Origin: Setoptus koraiensis
Lineage: Eukaryota > Animalia > Arthropoda
Direction: 5' to 3'
NCBI GenBank assembly: GCA_048013815.1
Contig: CM106586.1
Span: 20,212,001 to 20,276,000, forward strand
Length of the DNA stretch: 64,000 nucleotides
How positions within the stretch are numbered: position 1 is the first letter of the stretch; every line of letters starts with the position of its first letter. The position numbers were made by a program, and so were the translations under genes. This document shows positions 1 through 14,300 of this stretch, one piece after another. Below the pieces are notes generated by a model. That model did not search any database. It was given only the letters and a program-made list of their open reading frames with translations, and had not been told where the DNA came from.

Positions 1-1750
1 TGCCGAAAAAGGAGAAAAAAGTCAACCTTTTATCGGCACCCCCGTTCGCGACGAAACGGGCCTCAAAGTGAAAGAAATTGCGCGAATCCGGAAGTTAACC
101 GAATCGCCGGGTTCATCCGAGGGAGAGAGAGAGAGACTTCTTCAGGGATTGCCCATTTTCGGCCATCGAGGCGGCAAGCAATCAGCCCGAAATCGGAGAA
201 TGCCTCGCACAATTCAGACAGTGCTTCGCAAAATTGAGCAGCGCCCCCGTCTAGTGGCCGGCCAACAGCAGCCAAAGTGATCGAGCGGCCAAGATAACGG
301 GTGGCGCCACTTTGGGGCGCGTGCCTTTTGCGCAATCTGCGCTGTGCGCTGTCTGAGAGGCCCAAGTCGAGCTGACCCTATTAAGGGGCCCGTTCGCGGA
401 CATAAATACTATTTATGTTATAAATAAATAGACCATATAAAACAAACGGCCTGATGAGTTTGCGAAATGGGCCACTAATTATCTGATGCGCAAAATATGC
501 ACAACTGATACTGGCGCCACGACCACTAGCGCCTGCACAGTTGCCAGCAAAATTACCCACATCGCCCCATCAGCGCGCCAATGGGCCCCAGCACGCGAAT
601 GGGCCCCAGCGCGGTAGCCGCATACAGCAGCATTCGCGGGCCGTGAATGAGTGAGCGGCCGGCCGAGGGGACACATGACGCCCATTGTGAATGCTTTTAT
701 TTGTAGCTGTGGGCCCCATGCGCGTGCTACGGGTGCGGGCACCCATTTACATAATTTCTCGGCACACACTGATCTTGTCTCATCTGAATGCTGGTCGCCA
801 CTTTGATTCGCGGCCCCTGTGCAATGTCACAATTACTTTGGCAAGACCACGGTCAAACTCGTGCCGTGTGTTCGAACAAGGCTGTGCGTTGGGCTTGCAC
901 GATCGGACTGCGCGAGCCAAATGCAAACAGAGCGCGGATAAAAATAAATAAAAAGTCGCCCCAGTCGCGTCCAGTTGCAGCGCGGGCCAGCCGACAGCCG
1001 CGAGCCGCGAGCTGACAGCCGAGCCGACAGCCGAGCCGACAATGCCTCGCCCGACGATCGCCGGGCACGATATGGCAAAGATCACACACACGGGCCATTG
1101 AGACGGCCAACTGGGCACTTGGCCGGCCATTGAGAGAGCACACTGCGCACCGGAAGTGATATTCTCACCATCGCGCGGCATGGGCATTGTTTACCTGTGT
1201 GTCGGGCACAATTGTCGCCCGTCGGCTCTATCAAGTGCCGGTCGCCGATGCATCGGATAGACTGCGCCATCCAGACACTCGATCGATGCCGGCACATCGT
1301 TGGAGCAGCCAGCCGGGCCCCAATAGCATTGGGCCCCAGCACAAACAGTTGCCTTGTGCTGTGACACTCTGGCGCTCATCGATCACTGACGTAATGCGGC
1401 CGTTATTATCCGCGCTCACATGCACCACTAATACAGTATTGAGCGATATTGCGTCGTATGCACACGACAATAGCCAGTTTGATATTATTATATCATGCCG
1501 GCTTTCATTGTGCTTGCGTCGCGGGGCCGACCACGCAACCCGACGGGCAACACATATAAAGCAATATATAAATATAGGTAAACTTGGCCAGAGTGGACAC
1601 ACACACAATTGGCGCGGCAGCTCAAGTGGGGCGCCCAATGAGCAGTGACCGAGCGGCGACGGCGGAATGTCGAAAATATTTCGCTGTCAAAATTACCAAT
1701 TGAATTGTCGCCACACGGGCTCGCCACTTGGCCCACTGGCCTCGCCGGCC

Positions 1751-1800
1751 TCACTGGGCCTCACTGGGCCTCACTGGGCCCCACTGGGCCCCACTGGGCC
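1751..1800. repeat. Tandem repeat (YCACTGGGCC) x5
   Basis: Five 10-bp units read directly. Confidence 0.9.
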
Positions 1801-4800
1801 CCACAACTGGCGACCCTGGCGCGCCACCGGGTACCGCTCTTGAATTTGAATTGGCGGCAGCCAGAGTCAGCATCAATTGATATGCACGGCTCGCTTGGCA
1901 GGCTCGCTCGGTGAGCCGTGTGCCCCGCGATGCGGGCATACTGTTATGCCAAATGGGGCCCACAGCACACAACGGCCAGATAAACACACAGAGCGGGAGC
2001 CTCTCGAACGTGGACCCCGTTGTCTGGCTTGTTGCCACCAGTTTGCACTTGCTCACTCACAGTTCACAGTTGTACTCGCAATCTCGCTTTTGTCATTTCG
2101 GGGGCCCGCCATTTGGTCGCCCGAGAGCCGCACTTGGCCACGGACTCCGGGCTGCGGGTTCCGGGCTGCAGGCGTGAGCGGCCCGAGCAAGGGGCCGCCA
2201 CTCAAATCGCTGGCATTTGAGCGACTGCCAGCCCAGGGCACACTCACAATTTGTCGCTCGCCCGCGATATATGCAAATTGATATCACGTCGAGGCGCATT
2301 AAATTCACATTCGCGCCAGCGATAGACGATCGCCGCTTTTTAGCGGCCCGCTGCCGGCCCCGCCGGGCAACGCCGTTCGTCCAGGTAGCGCAATTGATTC
2401 AATTAGATCGCAGCTCATATTTGCGCACAAACAATTTGATGCGACCCACTGGCTCGAAATGACAGCTCGGCCAGCCGTCGTCGGCCTCGCACCGGTCAAG
2501 CACAGGCGAAGAATGGCACATTCGTCAGCCAACCCGGCGAAATGTGCCGAAATTTATTTCTCACGGATTTGGCCGCGGCCCGGCTGACCGCTTCCGGTCC
2601 ACGACAAAGATGTGTGTTGGTGCGGTGTAACTGTGCGACATCGGCGACCGTAATTGCTCCGTGGGGCTGCCAAATTGACTGTTTGCACGAGCAAGAGAGA
2701 GAACGCAATCAGCTCGTCGCGTTCAGGGCCCGTTGGCACAGCAGCCCCGGCCCCAGTCGGGCCCCAAGTCGTGACATCCTGGTGGACAGTTTGAGAACTG
2801 ATGAATTGAAACGAGCGCTGCCAAGTTGACACTGCCAACTCAACAAAGCTAACCGTTAGATTCTGACGTGATGTAGATGCTTTGAGCTGGCTGCTTGCTG
2901 CAACTTCCGGTTTGCTGGCATTCCATTATTGGCGCTGCTGCCGATGCTGCTGCAACGAGCACGACAGCGACGCCGCCGTAAAACGAGAACCAATTGTGGT
3001 CAATATTCGTCAATGGGCCCCTTCGCCATATCGCAAAACTGTTGTCACTGCACCCGTGCGATGACCTAGCAAGTTATTAGTACTAACAACGGAATGGCAA
3101 GCTCGCCGGCTAGACTAACAAAATAGTTGTAAATAGCAACTAAAAATAGGGACTCATGCTGGTCTAATGAAGCTCGGCATCGAAGAAACAATTTTGGCCC
3201 GACGGGCACATTTCCCGCCGCGCGCTGCCCTGTCCGCTGTCCGAACGGGACCCGATCGGAGCCCCCCCCCCCTCGCACACTGACGTTGGCCCTGTCGCGA
3301 TTATCAACTCAATCAATTGGATTCGATTGACCAGGCCCAATTATTTATGCACGGCTGGCCCGGCTATTACTACATTACCCGAGCGGACAGCTGGCACAAC
3401 TGTTTGCAAGGCGAGCAAAAATTACGCAAGTAACCCGCTTGCTTGAATAAACGGACGGACCGACCGACCGTCCTAAATGCGTGGCCAGCCGTCCAGTGCG
3501 CCGCTCGGGTGATTGATGCCCGATCGGCCGGCCCGGCGTACGTGTGCCACCAGCATTGTGTCTAATTGAATGAGCGAGCACGGACAGGTAGAGGGAGAGA
3601 CGCCAAGACAGGAAATTGGCGTGCCCTGTGTGCGAGCTGTTTTCTCGACAAATGGGGCGCCGCCTCTGTTGTTGGGACGGCCCGTTAGCCGGGCAAATGG
3701 AAGCGGCATCTCGACGGAAATCTTGGCATCGGGCCCGCACCGGACATTCGGCCCGCCATTGTCGGATGGTGCCCACCGTTGTGGACAATGGCTGGACGCT
3801 GGGCCGCGGGTTCGCACACGAATGCACCGCGGATGTCAGCCGGGCGGCGGCCACATCCAATTGTGGCCGGCGGATCGGGGAGATGGGGCGAGCCAAATTG
3901 CCACCTATCACCTTTTCGCTCTCGTTCATTTGGCCCCCCATTATCGGAGTTCTATTGGCTGGCTCAACTGCGGATAGTGCGTGCGCCGAGACAATCGCTC
4001 TCGGGGCCGCTGAGACTCAGGCGGACCGCGCGTCAGACCCGAGCGGACCGATCGGAGCGTCTCGAGCGAGCCAATTGGGTGCCAATTGGGTCGCGCTCGG
4101 CTCGCGGCGGCGAGCGGAATGAGCGGCCAGCGATTGGTTTGTGCGCGACAACTCGGCAACTAGGCCGGCCAAATGGAGCGCATTTAATAGATAAGGGGCC
4201 CCATTAGGGGCGCGCTTTTTACATATTCTTATCTGTGCTGGCGCGCGTCTTGCCGGCGGCCCTCCCGCGGCGCTATCATTGGGCCCGGCGATCGGGGCCA
4301 GCGGCGGCCCCAATGATTGGGCCAGCGCGCGCAATCAAATTCCGCGGCGGCGGCAATTTCCAGCCGCGGCCGGCAGCCGCAGATTGATAACAACGAACAA
4401 CAAAACGAACAATTAGGCCAGAATCTGGCCGCTTGAGGCGCGCATTTGGCCCAGTTTGGGGCTCATTTGGGTCATTTGGATCGGCTGGCTATCTCGGTAG
4501 GCCGTTAGTGGCGGCGCGAGTTGTTTTGTTGTGAGCTTTGTTGATTGCCCGGCTGGCGCTGGCAGCGCGGCTATTAGGCGCACCCACCTATCATATGGCG
4601 TATATCATGAGGTATAAATCTACGCGATGGTATAAATAGATTGCCTAGGCAAACAAGCGGCTCGCTCAGGTAATGACAACGGCAACAGAATAGAAAGATT
4701 ATCCGCTCACAGCCACCTGATCGCTCTGATTTGTGCTGCCGTTTCTGGGGTTCGTTTGGTAGTTTTGACAAGTGCGGCCGGCTCGCACGCCACTGCAAAC

Positions 4801-6816
4801 TAATATTACTAATATACTAATATTATCAAGTGGCACCCGAATAAACGACAACCGACTGAGCGCCGGCAACAATTTCCAAATGGGCCCCACTTGGCCACAA
4901 CTCTTCTCGCACGCGCTGTACGATGGCGCGATTGTGGCGCCGTTGTGGCAGCGCAAACACAGCGCCACTTGCGAGCGGGGCACCCAATCGAAATTGAAAG
5001 CTGGCTCCCGTTACAGCTGCCGTTCGGACGGGCACAACCGGTAACCCGTTCGCTCCGCTCGGGCAGCGCGATAAACAAACAAACAATAAGAATAACAAGC
5101 TCGCCCCAAAATTCGAGGCCGGCGCGGCGGCCGCTCGAGTTGTGCTGGCAGCGGCTTTGCGAACATTCGTTAGTCTAACGGTTGGACTCCAGCGGTGAGA
5201 GGCCCCATCCGCGAGCCGAATCCGACGGGCCCCTGCGAGCGACGGGCGCGAATGGGGCCGTTATCGCCGGCCCGTGGCCTGTTGCGGGCATAGCCACGGG
5301 CCATGTTTGTTTCGAGTCGGTTGCTGTTGTGAACCTGACAAATTTGCATAACGGCCTGATTGCAATAGTTTTCGCCGGGCTTCTGGCAAGAGTTGTCGCC
5401 GGTGCTTTCGCCGGATTCGTGCTCAGCCGGCTCGTTGGGGCGGGCCGTGCCCGAGGAAACTATTGCGCTCGCGACAGGATCGCCCGAAAACAACTAATTG
5501 ACCTGGCCGCTTGAGGGCGCCAACAAGAGTTCAGCGAGCGTCCGATTCACCTGTGAGTGGCGCCACTGTGACACAGGTCCCGCTAGCCTGATGAATCATC
5601 AGTGATGATGATGCGCCGCCGACACTGTCATTGGGCCAGCCAGTGGCCGGCCAGCTGAGCATGTCGGGCCGGATGGAGCGGGGTGCTTTTGTATGCAAAT
5701 TTGGCATGCATCACGACAGTGAAAGTGGCGCTAAGATGCGCGTTGAAGCCGACAAAAACGCACGCTTTTGCCGGGCGACACCGGCCGAGACGAATGGCGC
5801 CAACACGAACCCAAACTGCAACAATGGGGCCCCCAAGGGCTGCGAACTGGCAAATAATAAATGGAGCGCACACAACAAACAGCCAGCAAAATAATAGTGA
5901 GAGTTTAGCGATGTTTACCAGTTGGCTAATAATAACCCAATTTGCAACGCAAGCCATCACAACATTTGCTCAAAGTTGATCTTGACTCGAGACTGTCGCG
6001 CCAATGATACTACCGGCACTACAACGGTGCGCCCCGTAGTAATAGTAGTTAAGCGGGCCGGATGGCGCTTCGAACAACAAATATAAACAAGCGAACAATA
6101 TCCGTTGCACGGCGATCGAGGCCCCATCCGGAATGCGAATAATTCGCGTTTTGTGTCAGACGACCACGATTTAAGCCCAAAGCGACCAGACAGAGCCGCT
6201 TGGCAGCCAGATATTTGGGGCCACTTCTCTCAATTTATGGTGATGCTATTCACAGATAGGTGCCGTTGTTACAATCGACTATAAATCAAGTGTGGGCGTC
6301 GCGCCGCGGACAGGTAGCCGGCGAACAATGACAACAACAAGACGTTCGCCGACAATGGAACAAACACAACAATTGCTGTCACTGGCTGTCGTGACTAGTT
6401 GAGCGACGGATCGGCTCGAGTGCCCGTGCCGCCGTCGGGCCGCCTGCTCATCGATGCGACAACGCGCCAATATCCTCGGCTCGTCGGCACGAAGGCGCCT
6501 TATAATACCCAACAGTAACATACCCGACAATAGTAACATACCCGATAATAATAACATACCCGGGCACGACGATGCACCGCGGCATATATCCGACGCGGGC
6601 ATCTCCGACGCGCGTATATCCGACGCATACCGATGGCCGGCCCGTATGCGACAGTGTCTAATAGAGTGTCTCTTTGGCGCCTCGTCAGCATGCGCTGCAC
6701 ACTCTGACAACTTGTCGGCGATAAGACTCAGCCGCGTACCGCCGCGTGCGGCCGGTATTCCGGCATTTTCGACACATTCTGTCGGGCCGAGCGCCCATTT
6801 GTGCCGCTTATCGGAC

Positions 6817-6890
6817 GACTCATTCCATCGGAGACTCATTCCATCGGAGACTCATTCCATCGGAGACTCATTCTATCGGACGACTCATTC
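6817..6890. repeat. 16-bp tandem repeat GACTCATTCCATCGGA x~4.5
   Basis: Three perfect units, one with a C>T change, then a partial unit. Confidence 0.9.
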
Positions 6891-9800
6891 TTGGCCTGGC
6901 CGTGTCACGCAAAATGAGTCGGCCATATCCAGATATTTTGCCAGAATATTGACGCCGCGACACTTTGACAGCGAGCCACGGAAACGGCGACGCACCTAAC
7001 GCGACACGCGTGCACGTTGCATCGGGCGCTCGGCCCGTCAATCGCCCGTCAATCGCCAGATTGGGGCCAGACTGAGTTTTGGCGTTTATCCCAGTCGGCG
7101 ATTCGCAGTGGCCTCGAGTTGAGGCCGCCGAAAATTCAATTCCTCGACTCGCTCGATTCCTCGACTCGCTCAAAGGCTCGTCCCGTCCCGTCCCGTCCGG
7201 AACTCGCCCGACGGAGCGATTGTGTTTGGCGCTGCGCGCGCGGGCCCGGCGAGCGCCCTTGAACTAGTTGTATATTTTGCCGTGCGGATTATAATGCGAA
7301 TATGGCGCCACCGTTGCAGCGACTCGCGCAAATACCGAGTGTCAAATTGCGCGGATTGCGCGGATCGGTCCAATACCTCGAATTGGGGTAAGGGCGCGGG
7401 CCGCGAGTCGCGACGGGATGCGACCGGCCCGTCGGAACGAGCCAAAAGCGGCTTCAATTAGGAGAAACTCATTAGATCGGGCCAACAAACAAACATTTAA
7501 ATTGCTGGCACGAATGAAGCGCCGAACGGTGATTTGTGTTCGGCGCTGTTGAAGCAAATGTCAAAAATGGCATCGCCAACAACAATCGCTGATTGCCGGC
7601 TGGCATGGAATTAACAGCGGGCCCGTGCTGACAAGCTCAAATAGCTGACTAAGAGCGATTACGGCGCTGATACAAATACTAATACAACTGAACAACAGCA
7701 AGTCAGCTAATTTGCAAGTCGTTGCTGCTGTTTTGCTGCAACTTGCATCTCATTATTATGTTACGCAATGCCATTATTACAGCATAATCATGCACAATTG
7801 TGACAGCGCACAGATTGAATTAATCATCTATCACACGGTGCCCAAACGAACGGGGCGCTCAGAATGGGGGTCCGTGCCGCGCGCTAACGCTGTTAGCCCT
7901 GTTTGCACCCACTCACTATGTGAGGCGGCACTTCCGGGTCGGCCCCAAAAACAGGGCAAATGCGCGCGTCGAGTCGTGTTAGTGGCATAATTAATAATAA
8001 TAATACCATTATTATTAGCATTCAATATTTGATTAGGCCCCCCTTCAGGGATCAAGCGAGTGCCCAGTATCGTATTGGCAGTGTGACAGTTGATTACGGG
8101 CTAATCGCGCGGCCAGATTGTGCGCCGATATCGGCCATATCGCACCATGCTCGACATGCAAATGAGACACGCAAATTAGCCCGCAGTGATTGTTACACAC
8201 AATTGTGCTCAAAGTTCCCCCCACAAAGTAGTCGCTCCCACAAACTTGCGCTCGCGTCTCCTCCGACGCACAGTGCCCAGTGGGCAATCCGGCCCGACGG
8301 CCACCGACTGACTGACTCGCTGCTCTGGTCTCAACGGAATCCAGTTGACGGTTGCCCACTGGTGCCCACCGGTGCCTAACCGTCCCGTCTGGGCCCTCAA
8401 CTGTCGCAGCGGCTCTATTTTGGCCGGATTTTGTTGTGTATGCCGGTCTGCGGGATCCGCTTGTGGGGCTTCTCTCTGATGTATTTCTGGCGCACACGGG
8501 GGCTCGATTTTTCCCCGTCGAGGCGCCCGCATTCGCGGCTACACGACTCAGGGGCAAACTTTTACAATATAAATTTTTTCGTAGCGAAAGGCTCGCAGAA
8601 AAAAAATCTCACGAGGCGCAAAAAAATATGGAAATGTTTGTATTTTTTATATGAATATTTATATATTTGCAACAATGAGACGATAATGTACAAATTTGCT
8701 ATTTGTGACTCGCACTCGATTATCACTTTATTATCATCATTTTCCATATATCACCACCATTCTGCATCATTGCCACTCTTATCTGGCAACATTGAATATT
8801 TGTATAGCGAGTCACATATTAAATGTGTGACTCGTTACACTTTGTTGGTGCGTTGGGCCTGTTCGGCCGATAATAATAAACCGATAATACGAGTCATTAG
8901 CGATTTCTGGAAACAGCTTGCCGTGAGCGAGCGCCGTTGCCACCCATTGGCTGGCAATTAACTGGGGCCCCACTGGTTGGCGGTGACTATTTTTTGCCGT
9001 GAACAAGCTGGCCGGCTCAATTGATTATATCTGACTCAATGCGACAGAGATAAACACACAGATAGGCTAGATACAGGCTACATGGGGGTAATCAGAGAAC
9101 AAAAGAAGAAGACAAATAATGGCTAATGCCCGAGCTATCCAGCCCGCCACCGCCTCGCCGGGCTGCCCGGCTCGCTCCGTCTGGCGGCCGGCTGGCTGAC
9201 TCGTGACGGGCTTAGTTGATTAGGCGCCCAACGCTGATTACTTTTCATGCTTTGCAAGATTACATCACACACTTGGGGCCCTAATTGCGAGCCGATTGTG
9301 CACAGCCAGGCGTTGGCGTGCATGGGGGGGGGAGGGGGCCAGGTGAGTTGCAGTGCTCGGCTTTGGTAACGGGTGAACCCGAGCCGGCTAATAATCTCTC
9401 GCTCTCGTTGACTTGGCAACAAAAGGTTTGTGTTTGGTGCGGAGCGGCTGCTTACCGTCAACTTGTTTGGCGTGTAAGCCGCGCCACTCGCGCCCGCCCG
9501 CCTGCCCGCTATAGGTGCGGACAGCCGCGGGACGGGCTTGCCAGGGGCCAGGCGGGCACGCCGCGATAACGGGCCGGGCATTATTAATTTATTCATCCTC
9601 ATTACAGTAACACTGGCACTATTTAAATTCTTTGCTCTCTCCACGGGCCGCCGCTGTTGGCTCGGTGCTGATTCTCGCTTCTCTGCTGGCTTCTACCTCG
9701 GCGCCTGCCGATGGGGTCCCTTTTCGCTGCGCATCCCAAGAGCGGACGCGCGCCATCAACGGGAGCCCCCCCCCCGCCCGAACTGCTATTACTGAGCCTC

Positions 9801-11387
9801 GATACCGAAGTGGCACCGCTCGTGCGATCCGCACGCGGATTATATCACTGAGTCAGCCTATTACACTGAGTCGGTGTTACTAAGTCGCTAAGTATCGCTA
9901 GTCCCTCGATACAGTCAGTCCGTCGGATCGGGCCGTCGATATATAAGGCGAGAGGGGCCCACAGTTGGCTGACATTAGCTGAGCCTGTCATTAATTAGCG
10001 CCAACCAGCGGACCTAAAACAGCGTGCGCGCCAATTTTTGCGAAAGACTCTATGGCATAGAGGGGCCAATCGCGAATCGCTTCGACGAAACGAGGCGCAA
10101 TGAAATGAACAAACACAATGAGAATTCGCGATAAAAAATGTATCTCTCGCTCTGAAATTTATCCCCGTCTCAAGTGAACAATTGTCACTAGACGGTGAGC
10201 CCCGGTGCTGGCACTTGCTGCCGTCGACCAACTACGGGCGGTGTGTCGAATTTATCATCGAATCAATATTTATACTTGAGATTGCAAGTATAATCTCATC
10301 GATTGAGCATTGTGAATATTGAGGCCAATATTCACAATTGCGGTCTCGCTTAGCATGAACTTGGTGTGCGACTTGCAGGGCCGGGGGATTGGGCCCAGGT
10401 CTCAGCCTGAATTCAGGTGGGCCCCTCGCCAGCAATGACCAGGCGAAGCTGGACAAAGCCCGACATTGGGATTCGTACATTCACACCGGTAGAGACACGA
10501 ACGCGCAAATGAATCACAACAACTGATTTCGGTGTCCGATTTTGGTTGATTTTTTGCAATTCCGCTAGAGGCTCGCTAAATAAAATAAATGTTGTCAGAT
10601 GTTATGTAATCTCGCACGGCCAATCTGTACTGTGCCCACGCGTGCCCCCCCCCACCCAGTTGGGCCTGGCACTGGCATGGCCAGTTTGTGGCGCCAGCCA
10701 GGTCAGGCGAACCGAGTGCAGTGATAATGGCGACAATGGCAGCACAGGTGAGCTGAGGATAAATCCAAGTCGCAAAGAATTCTGAGCCGGCGAGCTGGTT
10801 TTTAATTTCACCGGGTCATAGCTGGCAACCGGTAGCTCACAGACGAGTATTCCTCGCTGGTTACGTAACCGACTCAATAACGAACTGACCACCGCCGACA
10901 TACATGGCGTAATGAGAGTTTGCGGCCGAACTGAATTTCGCCGCTGAATTCGCCGGGCGAAAGTGTTGCCAGCGTTACGTCAACATTCAAGCGGTCCAAT
11001 GATTAATAATGGACACAAACGCAAACGCGCGGGCCCCAGTTTGTGTTTGCGTCGGCACAGAGCGTTGCACAGTCCAGACTGAGCAAATAAACCGAGGCCC
11101 CCACTACCAACGGCCGTTATTATTTTTGCCGAGCCCCGTCAACTATTTCGCCGGACTCGACAAAAATGGGCCCCTGTGTTAATAATAAATAGTTTTGGAT
11201 AGTTTCGGATAGTTTGAGGGGGGGGGGGCGCGCGCGAATATCCATGAATGGTGCCAATCAAGCGGCCTCCATGGAATGAAACGAGCGGCACACTGTGCGA
11301 GTTTGTTGCGTCACACTGCACACTGTCACTGTTGAAATGACCGGTGTCTCTGTGCAACAATGGCCCGTTCTAACAAAGCCCGCTCAT

Positions 11388-14300
11388 TTACTGCAAAACG
11401 ACAATTTGTGCAACAAAGATGTCGTGGCTGTGCGATATGGAAACACGCCAGACGCGGAAATCCGTGCTACGTCCACTTACCTGCGACGAACGGCGCCGGC
11501 CCCATTCGCGCCGCGCCCGCTGACTTGACAATTTCGCCGGCTCGCCGGCCAACTGATTTAGATTGCCTGTCAGTGGCGATTGTGCCTGTTCCTGCTCGCT
11601 GTCAAACGTCGGTTGTTGTTGCTGTTGTTGCTGTTGTTGCTGTTGTTGCTGTAGTTGCTGCTGTTGCTGCTGTTGCTGCTGTTGCTGTAGTTGCTGTTGT
11701 TGCTGCTGCCGCTGTTGTTCGTCTTGTTGATTGAGTCGATTATTAAACGCGTCGGCGTCGCTGGATTGTGTGCGCTGGTCAGCAGTAAATTGCTCGCTCG
11801 ACGCCGCTGCCAATTTCGCCGAGCTGTCACGTCGACCGGCGACTGTGTCGGCGGTGCACTGACCCGCGGCCGCTATACCCGCCGCCGCCGCCGCCCCAGC
11901 GGCTATGCTGGTGGCAGTGACCGCAACCGCGGCCGCTCTTTCGCTGTTTCCGGTGTCGTGATAATGCGAATCGGCGACGGCGGCGCCGCCGCTCAACGCC
12001 GCTGCCGAGCTCGTGGCTGTGTGCGCGGTGTGCACAGCGCGCACAGTTTCAGCTGTGTGCACAAGGTGGCTTGTGTGGGCGCTGTGGGCGGTCTGGCCAA
12101 CGGGCACAATTTGGCCGGCGGCCTCGACCCGCAGCGCGGCCGGCTTATTTGGCACGACGGGCCGGCCGTGGGGCGTTGCCGTTGCTCGGGCCGCGCCACT
12201 TTTGTGCGGCTCAACGCTGGCGCCAGTCTGCGCCGCTGAGGCCGCCAGCTCGTTGGCTGGGGCGCCGTGCCGGCCCGCGTGGCAGCACGGGTACGAGCGG
12301 TCGCTGGCGCTCGTGGTGGAGGTGTCGGTGGTGGTGGCTTGCGAGCTCTGGTCGAAGCTGACCGTGGCGTGGCGCTGCTGTTGCGAGTGGCCAGCCGCAA
12401 TTGCCGTTGTGGCCGCTGGTGTCGTATGGTGGTGATTGTCGTCGGTGAGAACGAGCGAATCGCGACTAGTTACGTCGTCGATGATATTATTTGATAGATG
12501 GCACGCGAAATTGGCTATTATATCGTACTTTTGCTGGCATTTATTCACAAAGGATGGCGTGGACAGCTCTTGGTCCTCGCTGAGATCGCTGACAATGGTG
12601 GGCGTTAATGACAGCGTCGGCGATCGGTTGTTGTCGTTGTTGTTGTTGATTATTAGTTGCGACTCGTTGCTTGTCGTTGTGGTTGTTGTTTGCAGTTGCA
12701 AGTCATCGTCTGAGTTGTTTGTGGCCTCGTTCAAATCGTCGCCGGCCTCCTCCTCGGACTGGCCGGGCGACAGCGGCTGGCCGAGCTGCATCGAGTGGCT
12801 AGACGACGACGAGCACGCGGACGACACCGACAAGTGCGGCCCGGCCGGCAGCTCGCCCGAGCCCGAGTGCGCGGGCGACCCGCCGCCATCACGTGACGTA
12901 ATTGATGACGCCAGATGTTTGTTTTTGGCGCCGCTCAGCTCACCTGCTGTCACATGACATGACGTTTCATGACTGGCTTGTTGTTGTTGATCGTTTGCTG
13001 CCGGGCGGGCATTTGCATAAATCTCGGCGCCGCTTTTTGATGCGCTGGTGCCTGGGTCGGCGCGGTAATTGTCCCGTTGCTGCTGCTTGTGCTGATGGTG
13101 GCGCCTGTTGAGATGATGGCGCAACTTTATCTGGGCCTCGCACATGACCTCGTCCAGCAAACGTGAGCACATCTCTCTGGCCACGTCGTCGGGAATCGTT
13201 TCGGGACCCGGCTTGCTGGTGGTCGTTGGCGCCGCAGTTGCGCCCCTTGTGGTCGTTTTCGCCCAAGTTTCGCTCCTCGTGCTCGGCGAGCCAACTGACG
13301 CTGCCGAGTTGTCGATGTCGTCGGTGCTCGATTGCGACACTTGTCGCCTCGTGGCTGTCGCGGCAATTTTGTCCAATGCTGCCGGCGTTGCGTCATAGTG
13401 GTCAATGTCGTCGTCGTCGTCGTCGTTGAGCTCGCACGACGACGATATCATTAGCTGTTGTTGTTGTTGCTGCTGTCGGTCAACAATGGCCGCCGTTATT
13501 CTGCCATTGTTGTTGCTGTTGCCGGCGCCGCTACTCAAACAATAACTGTGGTGTCGGGTGGTTGTGGTCGATGTCGAACTCTGCGATCGTAGCCTCGCTC
13601 GGGTATTGTTGCCTCGGCCGGTCGCCGCTATCAACTTGTCCTCGTCATCTAGTCCGGCCGCCTGGGCGTCGTCGTCCGACTCAACCGCATCTGCGCCGCT
13701 CATGTTCATGCCGCCCGGCCCGTCGTCGTCGGAGCGGTCGTCACTCATTCGCTCTGCCATCGCGGCGCCGCCCGTCACGTCTCCTCCCGCAGTCGCCCGC
13801 TCCCATTTCGGCGGAGTGGGCGTGATCGCCGCGTCTTCTTCCTCAGTGTGCGCCTCCGCCAATCTATCATCAGCTGTGCGCCTTGCCGTTGTGGTTGCTG
13901 TTGTTGCTGCTGTTGCTGCTGTTGCTGCTGTTGCTGCTGTTGCTGCTGCTGCTGTTTTTGTTGCTGTTGTTGTTGCTGTTGGTGGTGGTGGTGCGCCGCT
14001 CGACTGCTGCTGTGACCTCTTGCCGGCATCCCGACCGGGCGAGGCTAGCTTGTTGCCGTTGTGTCGGCCCGTGCGCTGCGGGTACGCTCGCCGCGACCGC
14101 TTCGCAAGCGCTTGACCAATCGACTCGAGCTGGCCCGTCAGATCGGTCTCTGTTTGCGACGACGCCTCGGATATCGACGGCGGGCTAGGCGGCGCCCGTT
14201 CGCACTCAATGGCCACGTCGTCGTCACTTATCACATCGTCAAGCTCATAGATCCTCACCTGGCCGTCGGCGTCGTCGTCGTCGGCGTCGTCTGATCGCTG

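Noticed and set aside
6817-6890. CRISPR-like regular repeats (also 20459-20590)
   Set aside because: The units are head-to-tail with no unique spacers, there are no cas genes, and the context is eukaryotic.
8808-10940. Candidate plus-strand exons (ESHIKCVTRY..., NDQAKLDKARHWDSYIHT, PRWLRNRLNNEL...)
   Set aside because: The splice phases did not chain into a convincing ORF and no family was recognisable.
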